From positions 256,001 through 320,000 of the forward strand of contig CAVZDU010000010.1 in the NCBI GenBank assembly GCA_963774265.1: DNA of 64,000 nucleotides. The letters are read 5' to 3'. The notes beneath the pieces were generated by a model, which saw nothing but the letters and a program-made list of their open reading frames with translations, did no database searches and had not been told where the DNA came from. The position numbers and the translations under genes were made by a program. Within the stretch, counting starts at the first letter, position 1, and each line of letters starts with the position of its first letter. Positions 52,201-61,019 of the stretch are shown piece by piece. The stretch comes from an uncultured Chloroflexia bacterium (lineage in GTDB: Bacteria; Chloroflexota; Anaerolineae; CG2-30-64-16).

Positions 52201-52417
52201 TTACGGCGCCGCGCAGCCACGCGTACTCCCACTTCCTCCCCCAGGAGTCGCCGGGTTGGATGGTTCGGAACTCGTTTGCGAGCGCTTGCGCTGGCGAGAG
52301 GTGCTCAGGCGTGGCGCAGTACGAGAGTTCGACTGTGCCCAATGGACGATAGCAGAGCTCGCGCAGGACGCGTAACCAATGTGCGATACGATCGCGCCAT
52401 TCGGGGTTCAGAGCCAT
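49298..52417 (-). CDS. GH38 alpha-mannosidase
   Basis: GHAHIDVAWLW, WEPDVFGY, GHGDGGGG, GELYFQAHRGTYTSQ, QFHDILPGSSI. Confidence 0.95.
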   Translation of the reverse strand: MALNPEWRDRIAHWLRVLRELCYRPLGTVELSYCATPEHLSPAQALANEFRTIQPGDSWGRKWEYAWLRGAVTLPQAAAGERIVLHLNTGADSLVWVDGVVRGGRDWAHPTILLSESGLPGTHYEILTESYAGAEPVLVTTGPVPHGTNHLPDPVEGERRTLGASTFGIWEEDVFHLLMDAIVLWELREMLDPTSLRVDEIDHGLQDMTLSVDLESPRPELHNGVREARHRLARLLAAENSTTAPMLHAFGHAHIDVAWLWPLAETERKVARTVANQLELLSAYGEYVFLQSQAQLYVMLGNFYPDLYDRVRARIATGQWNVEGSAWVEPDTNITGGESLIRQFIHGKRFFRDEFGLNTRIFWEPDVFGYSAALPQIMRGCGIPYFATQKIMWGYNDGDPFPYNDFLWQGIDGSQVLAHIFHGYGYQTSPKHLVAAWAGRAQKSGTSGLMLPFGHGDGGGGATREHLEFLLRGRNLEGAPRTRIAPPIDYFTELEERRTTLPHYVGELYFQAHRGTYTSQARIKLLNRRSEIGLREAEFWGSMASVLAGRSAPLIVLDRAWKRVLINQFHDILPGSSIGRVYEEAESDLSEVVACAERMTQAAVTALVTDRSGGAMTVFNSLSFSRRVLVAIPHDSDIVTDAVGAPLVTQTQGAHKLVEVTVPPCGWTTVRTCKPAEVTSGGAMHTEDSRARVYAAETGWVLENELIRATFNATGELVSFWDRESESEWMASPGNAFLMYKDVPRAWDAWDLDSNYVNLPVALDQGSTMEVAAAGPLIASLRVTRQLNNSSMSQEIRLRRSSRRLDFVTTIMWREKHKLLKVAFPVTVHAEEALHEIQFGHVRRPNHASRKYDADRFEVPQQRWTALAEEGRGVAVLNDCKYGVNVIGNRIQLTLLKSAIAPDPHADEGKQVFTYSLATWNSPFFESEVVREAYDLNAPVTIAAGAPRTPEKSLFTLDAPNVFIEAVKPAEDGSGDVVIRLYEAKRTWTRCRLQTSLPVKQIIETDMLENQLRELDVQEGGVTFEIKPFQIVTLLIKTR

Positions 52418-52551
52418 GGGAAAGCAGCCTTTCGCCGATCGCAGCGATGTCGGTGCGACCAGTTCACATGATAGCGCGGCTTCATTGTAGTTCTGATTCT
52501 CAAGCGTGGCGAAATGGTATGTTACACTGCATGGAGGAGGATGCTTAATCT

Positions 52552-53721
52552 ATGATCATCGACGCTCATATACACTTCACTCCGCCTGAGCTCCAGGCCC
52601 GCCTGGATGAGTTCATTCGTATTGAGCCATATTGGGGTCTGCTGATGGGCGGGCCGAACAGCGTACAGGGTTGGGCTAGCGCTGAGCGAATGATTGAGGA
52701 TATGGACCGCGCCGGAGTGGACAAGGTCCTGCTGATGGGTGAGTATCGCCGCCGGCACGAAGGGTGCATCGCACGCAATGACGAGGCGTTGGCAATTGCG
52801 CAACGATTTCCGGACCGGGTGATTTCTTTCGCAATGGTGCAGCCCAAAGCCGGGCAAGTCGCGCTCGATGAGTTGGCTCGCTGCTTCGACGGGGGCATGG
52901 CAGGGGTAGGGGAATTGGGTCCCTACGGTCAGGGCTACCGACTGGACGATCCGGACTTCTTGCGCGTGGTCGAAGCGTGCATCAATTACGATATCCCCAT
53001 CAACCTGCACGTCAACGAGGAGGTCGGGCACTACTACGGTGGCAAGGCCGCCACGCCGTTGTTGCACATCTACCAGGTAGCTGAACGCTATCCGGAGCTA
53101 AAGCTAATCCTGGCGCATTGGGGTGGTGGGCTTCTTTTCTATGAGCTGATGCCGGATGTACAAAGGGTGCTGCGCAATGTATGGTACGATACTGCTGCGT
53201 CGCCTTTGCTCTATCCCACGGAGCGCATTTTCAGAGCTGCTCTGACTGCTGTGGATCACCGCAAGCTCCTCTACGCCTCAGACTACCCGCTGCGCATCTA
53301 CCCGCGCACTCAAAAGGAACCGGATTTCCGGCCCTTTCTGGCCGAGATCGACGCGCTCGGCCTCCCGGCTGGCATCCGAGACGACTTTCTTGGTGCCAAC
53401 GCTGCGCGCTTGCTCGGCTTACAGGGGGATGAGCGTGCCGCGGCTCTTCCGTCTCACCCACGCAGGGGGGAGGCCATTGTGAGTGTTGCCGGGGCGGAAA
53501 TGGGGGAGATCGTGCCGCACATGGCTTTGGCGGCCGTGGCGCTGACATGGCCAGGGACGCAGCGCATCTTCGAGAAGTATGGCATTCCCTGGCATGATTC
53601 CCCCGTGCCCTATTGGGAGCCGATCACCCAGGCGGCTGCCGCGCACGGCCTGGCGCCGGAAGAGCAGGCCTGCTTGATGAATGAGTTGAACGAAGCCATA
53701 CGCGGGCGGGAAGCCGATTAA
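52552..53721 (+). CDS. Amidohydrolase_2 family protein with C-terminal DUF1858/ScdA_N-like domain
   Basis: IDAHIH, GVGEL, LHVNE, LAHWGGG, YDTAA, ASDYP; extra C-terminal helical domain of about 65 aa. Confidence 0.85.
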   Translation: MIIDAHIHFTPPELQARLDEFIRIEPYWGLLMGGPNSVQGWASAERMIEDMDRAGVDKVLLMGEYRRRHEGCIARNDEALAIAQRFPDRVISFAMVQPKAGQVALDELARCFDGGMAGVGELGPYGQGYRLDDPDFLRVVEACINYDIPINLHVNEEVGHYYGGKAATPLLHIYQVAERYPELKLILAHWGGGLLFYELMPDVQRVLRNVWYDTAASPLLYPTERIFRAALTAVDHRKLLYASDYPLRIYPRTQKEPDFRPFLAEIDALGLPAGIRDDFLGANAARLLGLQGDERAAALPSHPRRGEAIVSVAGAEMGEIVPHMALAAVALTWPGTQRIFEKYGIPWHDSPVPYWEPITQAAAAHGLAPEEQACLMNELNEAIRGREAD

Positions 53722-53834
53722 CGTCATTTACCGCCGCCCTTCTGGCGCGTATAGTATATCGCAGCTAATGGCAACCCGGGCGAGACGCGGCCGAGTTGCC
53801 GAGCCATTCTTGGCGTGTTTGCTTGGAGGTACCC

Positions 53835-54467
53835 GTGAGTCAACTCGAATCCATTTACCAGGCTGTCCTGGACGGTAACGCGGCTGGTGCACAGGCTGGT
53901 GTCAAGGCGGCGCTTGCTGAAGGTCTTGCACCCGAAACGATTCTCAAAGAGGGGCTGATCGCCGCCATGGGCGAGGTGGGACGGCTCTTTGAGGAGAACG
54001 AGTACTTCGTCCCCGAGATGTTGGTCTCGGCGCGCGCCATGCAGTCGGGTCTGGCTTTGCTGAAACCATCTCTGGCTGAATCCGGCGCTGCTCCCGCAGG
54101 CAAGATCGTGGTCGGCACTGTTAAAGGTGACCTGCACGACATCGGGAAAAACCTGGTTGCCATGATGCTGGAAGGCGCCGGCTTCGAGATTGTAGACCTG
54201 GGTACGGACGTCACACCTGACAAGTTCGTGAAGGCGGTCCAGGAGCACAAACCCCAGGTGATCGGCATGTCAGCGCTGCTGACAACGACCATGCCTTCGA
54301 TGACGGGTACCATTAAGGCGCTTCAAGAGGCCGGGTTGCGGGACCAGGTGAAGGTTATGATCGGCGGAGCACCGGTGACCGATGGTTTCGCGAAGCAGAT
54401 CGGCGCGGATGGCTACAGCCCGGATGCCTCCTCCGCCGTGCGTCTCGCTAAGTCGCTGATGGCCTGA
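53835..54467 (+). CDS. Corrinoid (cobalamin-binding) methyltransferase protein
   Basis: Cap domain MGEVGRLFEENEYFVPE; GDLHDIGKNLV, SALLTTT, IGGA; GTG start after GGAGG. Confidence 0.95.
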   Translation: MSQLESIYQAVLDGNAAGAQAGVKAALAEGLAPETILKEGLIAAMGEVGRLFEENEYFVPEMLVSARAMQSGLALLKPSLAESGAAPAGKIVVGTVKGDLHDIGKNLVAMMLEGAGFEIVDLGTDVTPDKFVKAVQEHKPQVIGMSALLTTTMPSMTGTIKALQEAGLRDQVKVMIGGAPVTDGFAKQIGADGYSPDASSAVRLAKSLMA

Positions 54468-54489
54468 CACTCGATCAGAGCATTCTCTG

Positions 54490-54528
54490 AGACTTCCGGA
54501 GCAAATGGACTTCGGAAGTCTTTTTATT
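54490..54528 (+). terminator. Palindromic terminator (ACTTCCGAAG family)
   Basis: AGACTTCCGGAG-8 nt-CTTCGGAAGTCT followed by TTTTATT. Confidence 0.78.
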
Positions 54529-54613
54529 GGTGCGCTATAACACATACGCACGTGCATGACTATGACATACTGATCGCAAACATACAGGTAAGAAATCAAG
54601 GGGAAGTTCTGTA

Positions 54614-56605
54614 ATGGAAAAGAAGGATCATAAGCCGGACCAAGACGAAGAGCGTGAGCGACAGGAGCAGATGGCTCGTCAGGCGCGCTATGGAGTCACC
54701 TATATACTAGTGGGCCTGGTTGTTCTGTGGCTGTTTCAACAGTTCGTCCTCGGCCCGCTCACTGTGCGAGCGGTTGAGATACCGTACAGTGAGTTTCGTG
54801 ACAAGCTGGCCGCCGGACAGATCCTTAGTGTTGAGATCGGCCCCACGTCGGTTGCTGGCGAAATGCAGAACCCAGATATTGCGGCTGAGCCAACCGTACA
54901 AGCCACGTCTTTGCCGGCAACCGTTGAGACGCAGGTCTCATCGAGTGCCCCGCTGACTCAAACGCTTCGGTTCGAGACGTTTTTCCAGCCTGAGAATGAC
55001 CCGGGTCTCGTCAAAGATCTGCAAACCGCAGGAGTGCAGTACCGTTTCGCGGGGCCAGCTAGTCCGGTCGGCGCATTCTTGCTCTCGTGGATCCTGCCGT
55101 TAGCCCTTCTGGCCGGTTTCTGGTATATGCTCTTTCGCGCTCGATCTGCTGGGGGTGGTCTGGGTGGGGGCGGTCTCGGCAATGTCTTTGGCGTGGGCAA
55201 GAGCAAAGCACAGGAGGTTAAGCCTGAGGATGTTGGCGTTACGTACAAAGATGTTGGCGGTGCTGACGAGGCCATTGCGGAGTTGCAGGAGATTATCCAG
55301 TTCTTAGAGAGCCCGGAGCAGTTCGCCAAATTGGGCGGCCGCATTCCAAAGGGCGTTCTCCTCGTTGGGCCGCCCGGCACCGGCAAGACCCTGCTGGCAA
55401 GAGCCACTGCGGGTGAGGCGGGTGTTTCGTTTTTCGAGACTAGCGGGTCTGAATTTGTCGAGATGTTCGTCGGAGTCGGCGCGGCTCGTGTTCGCGACAT
55501 GTTTGAGCAGGCACGCAAGGCCGCTCCCGCGGTGATATTCATCGACGAGATCGATGCGATCGGACAGAGCCGTGGCGGCAACATTCGCATCGGTGGAAAC
55601 GACGAGCGCGAGCAGACGCTCAATCAGCTCCTGGCCGAAATCGATGGATTCAAGACAAATTCGACCGCGCCGGTGATCATCATGGCAGCGACAAATCGGC
55701 CTGAGGTTCTTGATCCTGCCTTACTGCGCGCTGGTCGCTTCGACCGCCAAGTAACCGTCGGCAATCCCGATCTGATCGGTCGCCAGCAGATCCTGCGTAT
55801 CCATAGCAAGAATATTACTCTGGCGCCGGACTTCGACATCGAGCGCGCGGCCCGCATGACGCCAGGCTTTAGCGGCGCCGATTTGGCGAACATGATGAAC
55901 GAGGCTGCTTTGCTTGCTGCACGGCGCAATGCCGAATCCGTAACCCTTCGCGATTTTGAAGAAGCGATCGAACGCATCGTCGTAGGCCTCGAGCAGCGGA
56001 CGCGCGTGATGAATGAGGATGTGAAGCGAGCGGTGGCCTATCATGAAGCCGGTCATGCTCTTGTTGCGCGGCTGGTGCCCCACGCGGACCTGGTAAGCAA
56101 GATCAGCATCGTGCCTCGCAGCCGCGGGGCTCTCGGGTACACGCTCCAAATGCCGGAAGAAGACCGCTACCTGGTCCGAAAAGACGAATTGCTCGACCGC
56201 ATTGCCGTGATGATGGGGGGACGGTCTGCGGAAACGATTATCTACAATGAGATCAGCACCGGCGCAAGCGATGACATCAATCGAGCGACCGAACTGGCTC
56301 GACGCATGGTCACCGAGTGGGGTATGAGCGAGGCGCTGGGGTGGGTGCGTTACGCAGGTCAGCAGCTACAGTACTTGGGTGGAACCATGGAGGATAACAG
56401 TTCCCTCAGTCCCGAGACGCGCCAGCTGATTGACTCGGAAGTCAAACGCATTGTGACGGAGCAGGTTGAGCGGGCACAGACGCTCCTCATCCAACACCGT
56501 CCAGCATTGGAGATGCTTACTGAGGAGTTGCTTCGCTGTGAAACCGTGGATGGCAGCGCCGTTGCCGCTGCCATTGCTGGCGAGAAACGCGAATGCACCA
56601 AGTGA
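54614..56605 (+). CDS. ftsH: ATP-dependent zinc metalloprotease FtsH
   Basis: Two TMs, [40 protein letters not shown]. Confidence 0.96.
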   Translation: MEKKDHKPDQDEERERQEQMARQARYGVTYILVGLVVLWLFQQFVLGPLTVRAVEIPYSEFRDKLAAGQILSVEIGPTSVAGEMQNPDIAAEPTVQATSLPATVETQVSSSAPLTQTLRFETFFQPENDPGLVKDLQTAGVQYRFAGPASPVGAFLLSWILPLALLAGFWYMLFRARSAGGGLGGGGLGNVFGVGKSKAQEVKPEDVGVTYKDVGGADEAIAELQEIIQFLESPEQFAKLGGRIPKGVLLVGPPGTGKTLLARATAGEAGVSFFETSGSEFVEMFVGVGAARVRDMFEQARKAAPAVIFIDEIDAIGQSRGGNIRIGGNDEREQTLNQLLAEIDGFKTNSTAPVIIMAATNRPEVLDPALLRAGRFDRQVTVGNPDLIGRQQILRIHSKNITLAPDFDIERAARMTPGFSGADLANMMNEAALLAARRNAESVTLRDFEEAIERIVVGLEQRTRVMNEDVKRAVAYHEAGHALVARLVPHADLVSKISIVPRSRGALGYTLQMPEEDRYLVRKDELLDRIAVMMGGRSAETIIYNEISTGASDDINRATELARRMVTEWGMSEALGWVRYAGQQLQYLGGTMEDNSSLSPETRQLIDSEVKRIVTEQVERAQTLLIQHRPALEMLTEELLRCETVDGSAVAAAIAGEKRECTK

Positions 56606-56632
56606 TCCCATAGGAGCTGCTCCTAGCCTGAA

Positions 56633-56932
56633 TCACGTTCCTACAACCGAGTTGTCTGAGCCGTACTTGTTCGCGGTGTACTTGTCGGCGTGCCATTCGT
56701 TATGCCAGTCGCGTCCGTTGACCAGGTAACGAAATTGGTATTCCTTGCCGGTGGGCAGCACCAGAGTGATGCGCCAGTTTCCGTTTGAGCGCGACTGGGC
56801 CATTTCGTGGCGTTTTGTGTCCCAGTCATTGAAATCACCGACCAGGTTGACGCGTTCTGCCCACAAGCTCGATGGGAGTTCAAAGGTGACCCGTACATTT
56901 TCGCCATCTGGCAGCGATTCCTTATATATCAT
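56633..56932 (-). CDS. Stand-alone isoamylase early-set/CBM48 domain protein
   Basis: VTFEL, VNLVGDFNDW, YQFRYLV, NKYGSDNSV; RBS AGGAG. Confidence 0.88.
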   Translation of the reverse strand: MIYKESLPDGENVRVTFELPSSLWAERVNLVGDFNDWDTKRHEMAQSRSNGNWRITLVLPTGKEYQFRYLVNGRDWHNEWHADKYTANKYGSDNSVVGT

Positions 56933-56980
56933 CGGACATTCTCCTGCGGGTTGGTCGTCGCAACCTCGGGGTACACCGCG

Positions 56981-57023
56981 ATTATAGCATCTACTTGACG
57001 AAAAAGGCAATGTCTCGTAGAAT
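56981..57023. promoter_or_regulatory. Overlapping divergent promoters (CBM48 gene and ffh)
   Basis: Plus strand TTGACG-17 nt-TAGAAT; minus strand TTGCCT-18 nt-TATAAT with extended TGC. Confidence 0.6.
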
Positions 57024-57098
57024 TAGCTATACATTAGCGATTGATGCCAATGGGCCGGCCTCTGGGTCGGCCCATGCGCGTATGAGTGGACAAGTCTC

Positions 57099-58430
57099 AT
57101 GTTTGAGAGCCTGCAAACCAAGCTGAATGCGGTCTTTGATAAGCTCGCAGCCCGCGGTCGACTTTCTGAAGAGGATGTTGATCTTGCCTTGCGCGAGGTC
57201 CGTCTCGCGCTTCTGGAAGCCGACGTCAACTTCAAGGTTGTTAAGCAGTTGGTGGCGCGTGTGCGCGAGCGGGCTGTCGGAGCCGAGGTGACCAAGAGTC
57301 TTTCGCCTGCACAGCAGGTCGTCAAGATCGTCCACGACGAACTACTGAAGACCTTGGGCGAGGCGGTACGCGTTGATCTATCCGGCACGCCGCCGCACGT
57401 CATCATGCTGGTGGGTTTGCAGGGCTCTGGCAAAACCACAACTGCAGGCAAGCTCGCATTGGCATTGCGGAAACAACAAGGTAAGCGCAGCCTATTGGTC
57501 GCAGGCGATACCTACCGGCCGGCTGCCGTGACCCAACTTGAGGTCGTCGGCAAGCAGATCGACGTGCCGGTGTACAGCGAGGGCACAAAGCCATCGCCTC
57601 TCGAGATCGTGCGTCGTGGCATCCAGCGAGCGCGCGAGATGGCCATGGACGTCGTTATCTTGGACACCGCGGGCCGACTCCAAATCAGCGATGACATGAT
57701 GGCTGAACTGGAGCAGATTAAGACGCTGGCGAAGCCGAAGGAAATCCTGTTGGTCGCGGACGCCATGACTGGCCAGGAAGCCGTCAATGTGGCAAAGGGC
57801 TTCCACGAACGCGTCCAGTTGACGGGTCTGATCCTGTCCAAGGTGGATGGCGACGCCCGAGGTGGTGCTGCCATCTCCATGCGCGAGGTGACCGGCGTCC
57901 CCATCAAGTACCTGGGCATCGGCGAAAAGCTCGACGCGCTCGAGGTTTTTCATCCTGATCGTCTTGCCACCCGCATCCTTGGCATGGGCGACATGATGAC
58001 ACTCATCGAGAAGGCTGAGGAAACTGTAGATCGGGAGCAAGCGGAGAAGATTGGCAAACGCCTTGTCAAGGGCGAACTCAATCTCGATGACTTCCTCAAG
58101 CAGATGCAGCAAATCAAGAAGATGGGCCCTTTAACCCAGATTCTGGAGATGATCCCGGGGATGAGCCGGCTGACGGGGGAACTCCAGCCGGATGTCACGG
58201 ACCAGCAGTTCACACGCGTTGAAGCGATGATTAACTCCATGACAGCTCAGGAGCGGCGCGATCCGAAAATCATCAGCGGCAGCCGTAAGCGTCGCATCGC
58301 GCGCGGGTCAGGAACTACGGTGCCTGAGATCAACGACCTGTTGAATCAATTCCGCCAGATGCAGCGAATGATGAAACAGCTCGGTTCGGGTGGTCGTGGA
58401 GGCCGCGGCATAATGGATATGTTCAGGTGA
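57099..58430 (+). CDS. ffh: Signal recognition particle protein
   Basis: GLQGSGKTT, DTAGR, DGDARGGAA, RILGMGD, Met-rich M domain. Confidence 0.98.
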   Translation: MFESLQTKLNAVFDKLAARGRLSEEDVDLALREVRLALLEADVNFKVVKQLVARVRERAVGAEVTKSLSPAQQVVKIVHDELLKTLGEAVRVDLSGTPPHVIMLVGLQGSGKTTTAGKLALALRKQQGKRSLLVAGDTYRPAAVTQLEVVGKQIDVPVYSEGTKPSPLEIVRRGIQRAREMAMDVVILDTAGRLQISDDMMAELEQIKTLAKPKEILLVADAMTGQEAVNVAKGFHERVQLTGLILSKVDGDARGGAAISMREVTGVPIKYLGIGEKLDALEVFHPDRLATRILGMGDMMTLIEKAEETVDREQAEKIGKRLVKGELNLDDFLKQMQQIKKMGPLTQILEMIPGMSRLTGELQPDVTDQQFTRVEAMINSMTAQERRDPKIISGSRKRRIARGSGTTVPEINDLLNQFRQMQRMMKQLGSGGRGGRGIMDMFR

Positions 58431-58523
58431 TAACGTTCTTTGCAGAGAAGTCCGCTCCTCTGCGAGACGTTTACATGCATTCGGGACCCTCTGTGTCCCA
58501 TACATCGAAGGAGTCAGTCAGGA

Positions 58524-58779
58524 ATGGTACGAATTCGTCTGCGCCGACAGGGCGCCAAGAAACAGCCGACCTACCGCGTGGTTGTCGCTGATCAGCACTC
58601 ACCTCGCGATGGCCGCATCCTTGAGAACATTGGGTTCTACAACCCAACGACCGACCCTGAGACGGTCACCATCGACGTGGATCGCGCGCTACTGGCTTAG
58701 TGTTGGCGTGCAGCCCAGCGAATCGGTTGCTCGCCTGCTGAAAAAGCAAGGCCTGCCCGAAGCACAGCCGGCGGCCTGA
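58524..58779 (+). CDS. rpsP: 30S ribosomal protein S16; apparent frameshift near 58690
   Basis: [29 protein letters not shown], then [10 protein letters not shown] in another frame. Confidence 0.93.
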
Positions 58780-58889
58780 TCCGTCAGCCGTTCGCTTCTG
58801 GGCACTGGCCGGGGCAGGTGCACTTGCCGCGCCAGCGCGGCACAGCCTGCAGCACGAGCCAGGCCCCTGGCACTTGTGGAGGCTGACTG

Positions 58890-59117
58890 GTGAAAGAAAA
58901 AGAACTCATCGAGTACATTGCCAGGCAACTCGTGGAAAAGCCGGAAAAGGTCTTCGTGAAGGAGACCCACGGCGGCAGCGTTACAGTGCTGGAGTTGCAC
59001 GTTGACCGGGAAGATATGGGCCGTGTAATCGGCAAGGACGGCCGGGTGGCCAACGCACTCCGCACTCTGTTGCGGGTGATGTCACAAGACCGGCGGGTCG
59101 TTCTCGAGATCGTCTGA
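58890..59117 (+). CDS. khpA: KH domain RNA-binding protein
   Basis: DMGRVIGKDGRVANALRTLL; located between rpsP and rimM. Confidence 0.92.
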   Translation: MKEKELIEYIARQLVEKPEKVFVKETHGGSVTVLELHVDREDMGRVIGKDGRVANALRTLLRVMSQDRRVVLEIV

Positions 59118-59175
59118 TTGTGGCCGCTAACCCTGTCGGCGTTGAAGTCGACTTGGACGGACCACACTCAAGCTG

Positions 59176-59222
59176 AATGAAACGGGCGGAGGCGCAATCT
59201 CGCATCTCCGCCCGCTCATTTT
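59176..59222 (+). terminator. Hairpin between khpA and rimM
   Basis: CGGGCGGAG...CTCCGCCCG with outer AATGA/TCATT and a short U-tract. Confidence 0.5.
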
Positions 59223-59249
59223 GTAAGGAAGGGCAGGTGGAAGGGTTCC

Positions 59250-59807
59250 ATGGCCACGACCGAAACAGGACGAAGCTACCTGGCCATAGGCCAGATAGTT
59301 GGACCTCACGGCATTCGGGGTGAGGTCAAAGTTGTGCCGATGACCGATTTCCCGGAACGGTTCAAGAGCGGCGCTAAAGTATACCTTGGTGCGCAAACCG
59401 GCGTGACGAATACTGCGCCGGCAGTAATCGCAGCATCGCGACCTCACCAGGACCGTTGGCTGATTTTGTTCACGCATGTCAGGGATCGCAATGCAGCGGA
59501 AACCCTGCGCGACCTGTACCTACTCATCCCGGAAGAGGACGCAATGCCTCTAGGTGAGCACGAGAACTATGCTCACGATTTGATAGGGCTTGAAGTTCAG
59601 ACGGTGGATGGCCGATCGCTCGGCCAAATCACCGAGATTCTCTTCACCGCGGCGAATGATGTCTATATTGTGCGCAACGCGAACGCCGAAACGCTCGTTC
59701 CTGCCACACGTGAGGTCGTCGTGAGTGTGAACCTGGCCGAGCGGATGATGAAGGTGGTTCTCCCCGAAGGGCTTTTGGCCCCGGCCGATGAAGATGACGA
59801 AGTCTGA
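59250..59807 (+). CDS. rimM: Ribosome maturation factor RimM
   Basis: IGQIVGPHGIRGEVKV, DLIGL, ANDVY. Confidence 0.95.
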   Translation: MATTETGRSYLAIGQIVGPHGIRGEVKVVPMTDFPERFKSGAKVYLGAQTGVTNTAPAVIAASRPHQDRWLILFTHVRDRNAAETLRDLYLLIPEEDAMPLGEHENYAHDLIGLEVQTVDGRSLGQITEILFTAANDVYIVRNANAETLVPATREVVVSVNLAERMMKVVLPEGLLAPADEDDEV

Positions 59808-59813
59808 GAACTA

Positions 59814-59842
59814 TTGACAAAGAATCCTGTATCGTTTATGCT
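59814..59842 (+). promoter_or_regulatory. sigma70 promoter of dprA-manC-topA
   Basis: TTGACA-17 nt-TATGCT. Confidence 0.7.
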
Positions 59843-59886
59843 GCCGACCGGCAAGCTCTGATGCATCGCCCCTGGGAGGTGCTCAT

Positions 59887-60996
59887 TTGGACGCTCTCGC
59901 CTTGTGGATTGGGTTCAACAAGGTGCGCGGCATCGGCCCGGCCCGGTTGCGCGCTCTGTTGGACGCCTTCGGCAGCATAGACGCTGCCTGGAACGCGCCT
60001 GCCGACGCCCTACGCGATGTTGGTCTGGACCGGCGATCGATTCAAAATCTGGTGGATATCCGCGGTAAGCTGGACCTGGACGCGGAGCTGACTCGCGTGC
60101 AGAAGTCCGGGATTGAGTTGTTGACCTGGGATGATCCGCGCTACCCGTCCCGGCTTATGGCCATCAGTGATCCGCCGCCTGTGATCTATCTACGCGGTGA
60201 GTTACGGCCCGAGGATGATTTCGCCGTCGCCGTGGTTGGCACTCGAAATATCTCCAACTATGGCCGCGAAGCGGCAAGGACCCTTGCATCTGGCCTCGCG
60301 GAGGTGGGCGTTACTATCGTCAGCGGTCTGGCACGCGGAATCGATGCTGTCGCACATCGCGCCGCCCTGGACGCGGGCGGCCGCACACTTGCGGTCCTTG
60401 GATCAGGCGTGGACGTGATTTATCCCTGGGAGAACAAAAAGCTGGCAAATGACCTGATCGAGCGTGGTGCGTTGTTGAGCGAGTATCCTCTGGGCACGCA
60501 GCCTGAAGCCAGCAATTTCCCGCCGCGAAATCGCATCGTTAGCGGTTTGAGCCGCGGCGTCGTCGTGGTCGAAGCGGGCGAACAAAGTGGGGCGTTGATT
60601 ACGGCTCGCTTCGCGGCTGACCAGGGCCGCGAGGTTTTCGCTGTTCCAGGAAGCATCTTCGCCCGCAACAGCGCCGGCGTCAATCGACTCATTCGCGACG
60701 GCGCAACGCCGGTTACGTCGGTCAACGACATTCTCGAGGCATTGAATCTGAAATCGGTAGTAGCGCACGTCGAAGCACAAATGCTTTTTCCGGCGGATCC
60801 AACCGAAGCGTCGCTCCTCAGCCAGTTGTCCGATGATCCTGTCCACGTGGACGAGATATGCCGGACCACTGGACTGCCCGTCTCAACAGTGACCAGTACG
60901 TTGGCGTTGATGGAACTCAAAGGCCTGGTACATGGAGCTGGCGGCATGAGTTACGTTCGCGCTCGTGAAGCAGGCCCAGTGTATCATCTCGATTGA
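59887..60996 (+). CDS. dprA: DNA-processing protein DprA
   Basis: AVVGTR, VSGLARGID, FPPRNRIVSG, SGALITA, C-terminal winged helix; TTG start after GGAGG. Confidence 0.96.
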   Translation: MDALALWIGFNKVRGIGPARLRALLDAFGSIDAAWNAPADALRDVGLDRRSIQNLVDIRGKLDLDAELTRVQKSGIELLTWDDPRYPSRLMAISDPPPVIYLRGELRPEDDFAVAVVGTRNISNYGREAARTLASGLAEVGVTIVSGLARGIDAVAHRAALDAGGRTLAVLGSGVDVIYPWENKKLANDLIERGALLSEYPLGTQPEASNFPPRNRIVSGLSRGVVVVEAGEQSGALITARFAADQGREVFAVPGSIFARNSAGVNRLIRDGATPVTSVNDILEALNLKSVVAHVEAQMLFPADPTEASLLSQLSDDPVHVDEICRTTGLPVSTVTSTLALMELKGLVHGAGGMSYVRAREAGPVYHLD

Positions 60997-61019
60997 GATT
61001 GCACGAAGGAATTTGTACG

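Noticed and set aside
53722-53834. Cobalamin riboswitch
   Set aside because: The region is too short and lacks the GGGAA and GCCACTG B12-box elements.
54542-54585. Three ACATAC hexamers upstream of ftsH
   Set aside because: Irregular spacing (23 and 15 nt) and short length do not support an operator call.
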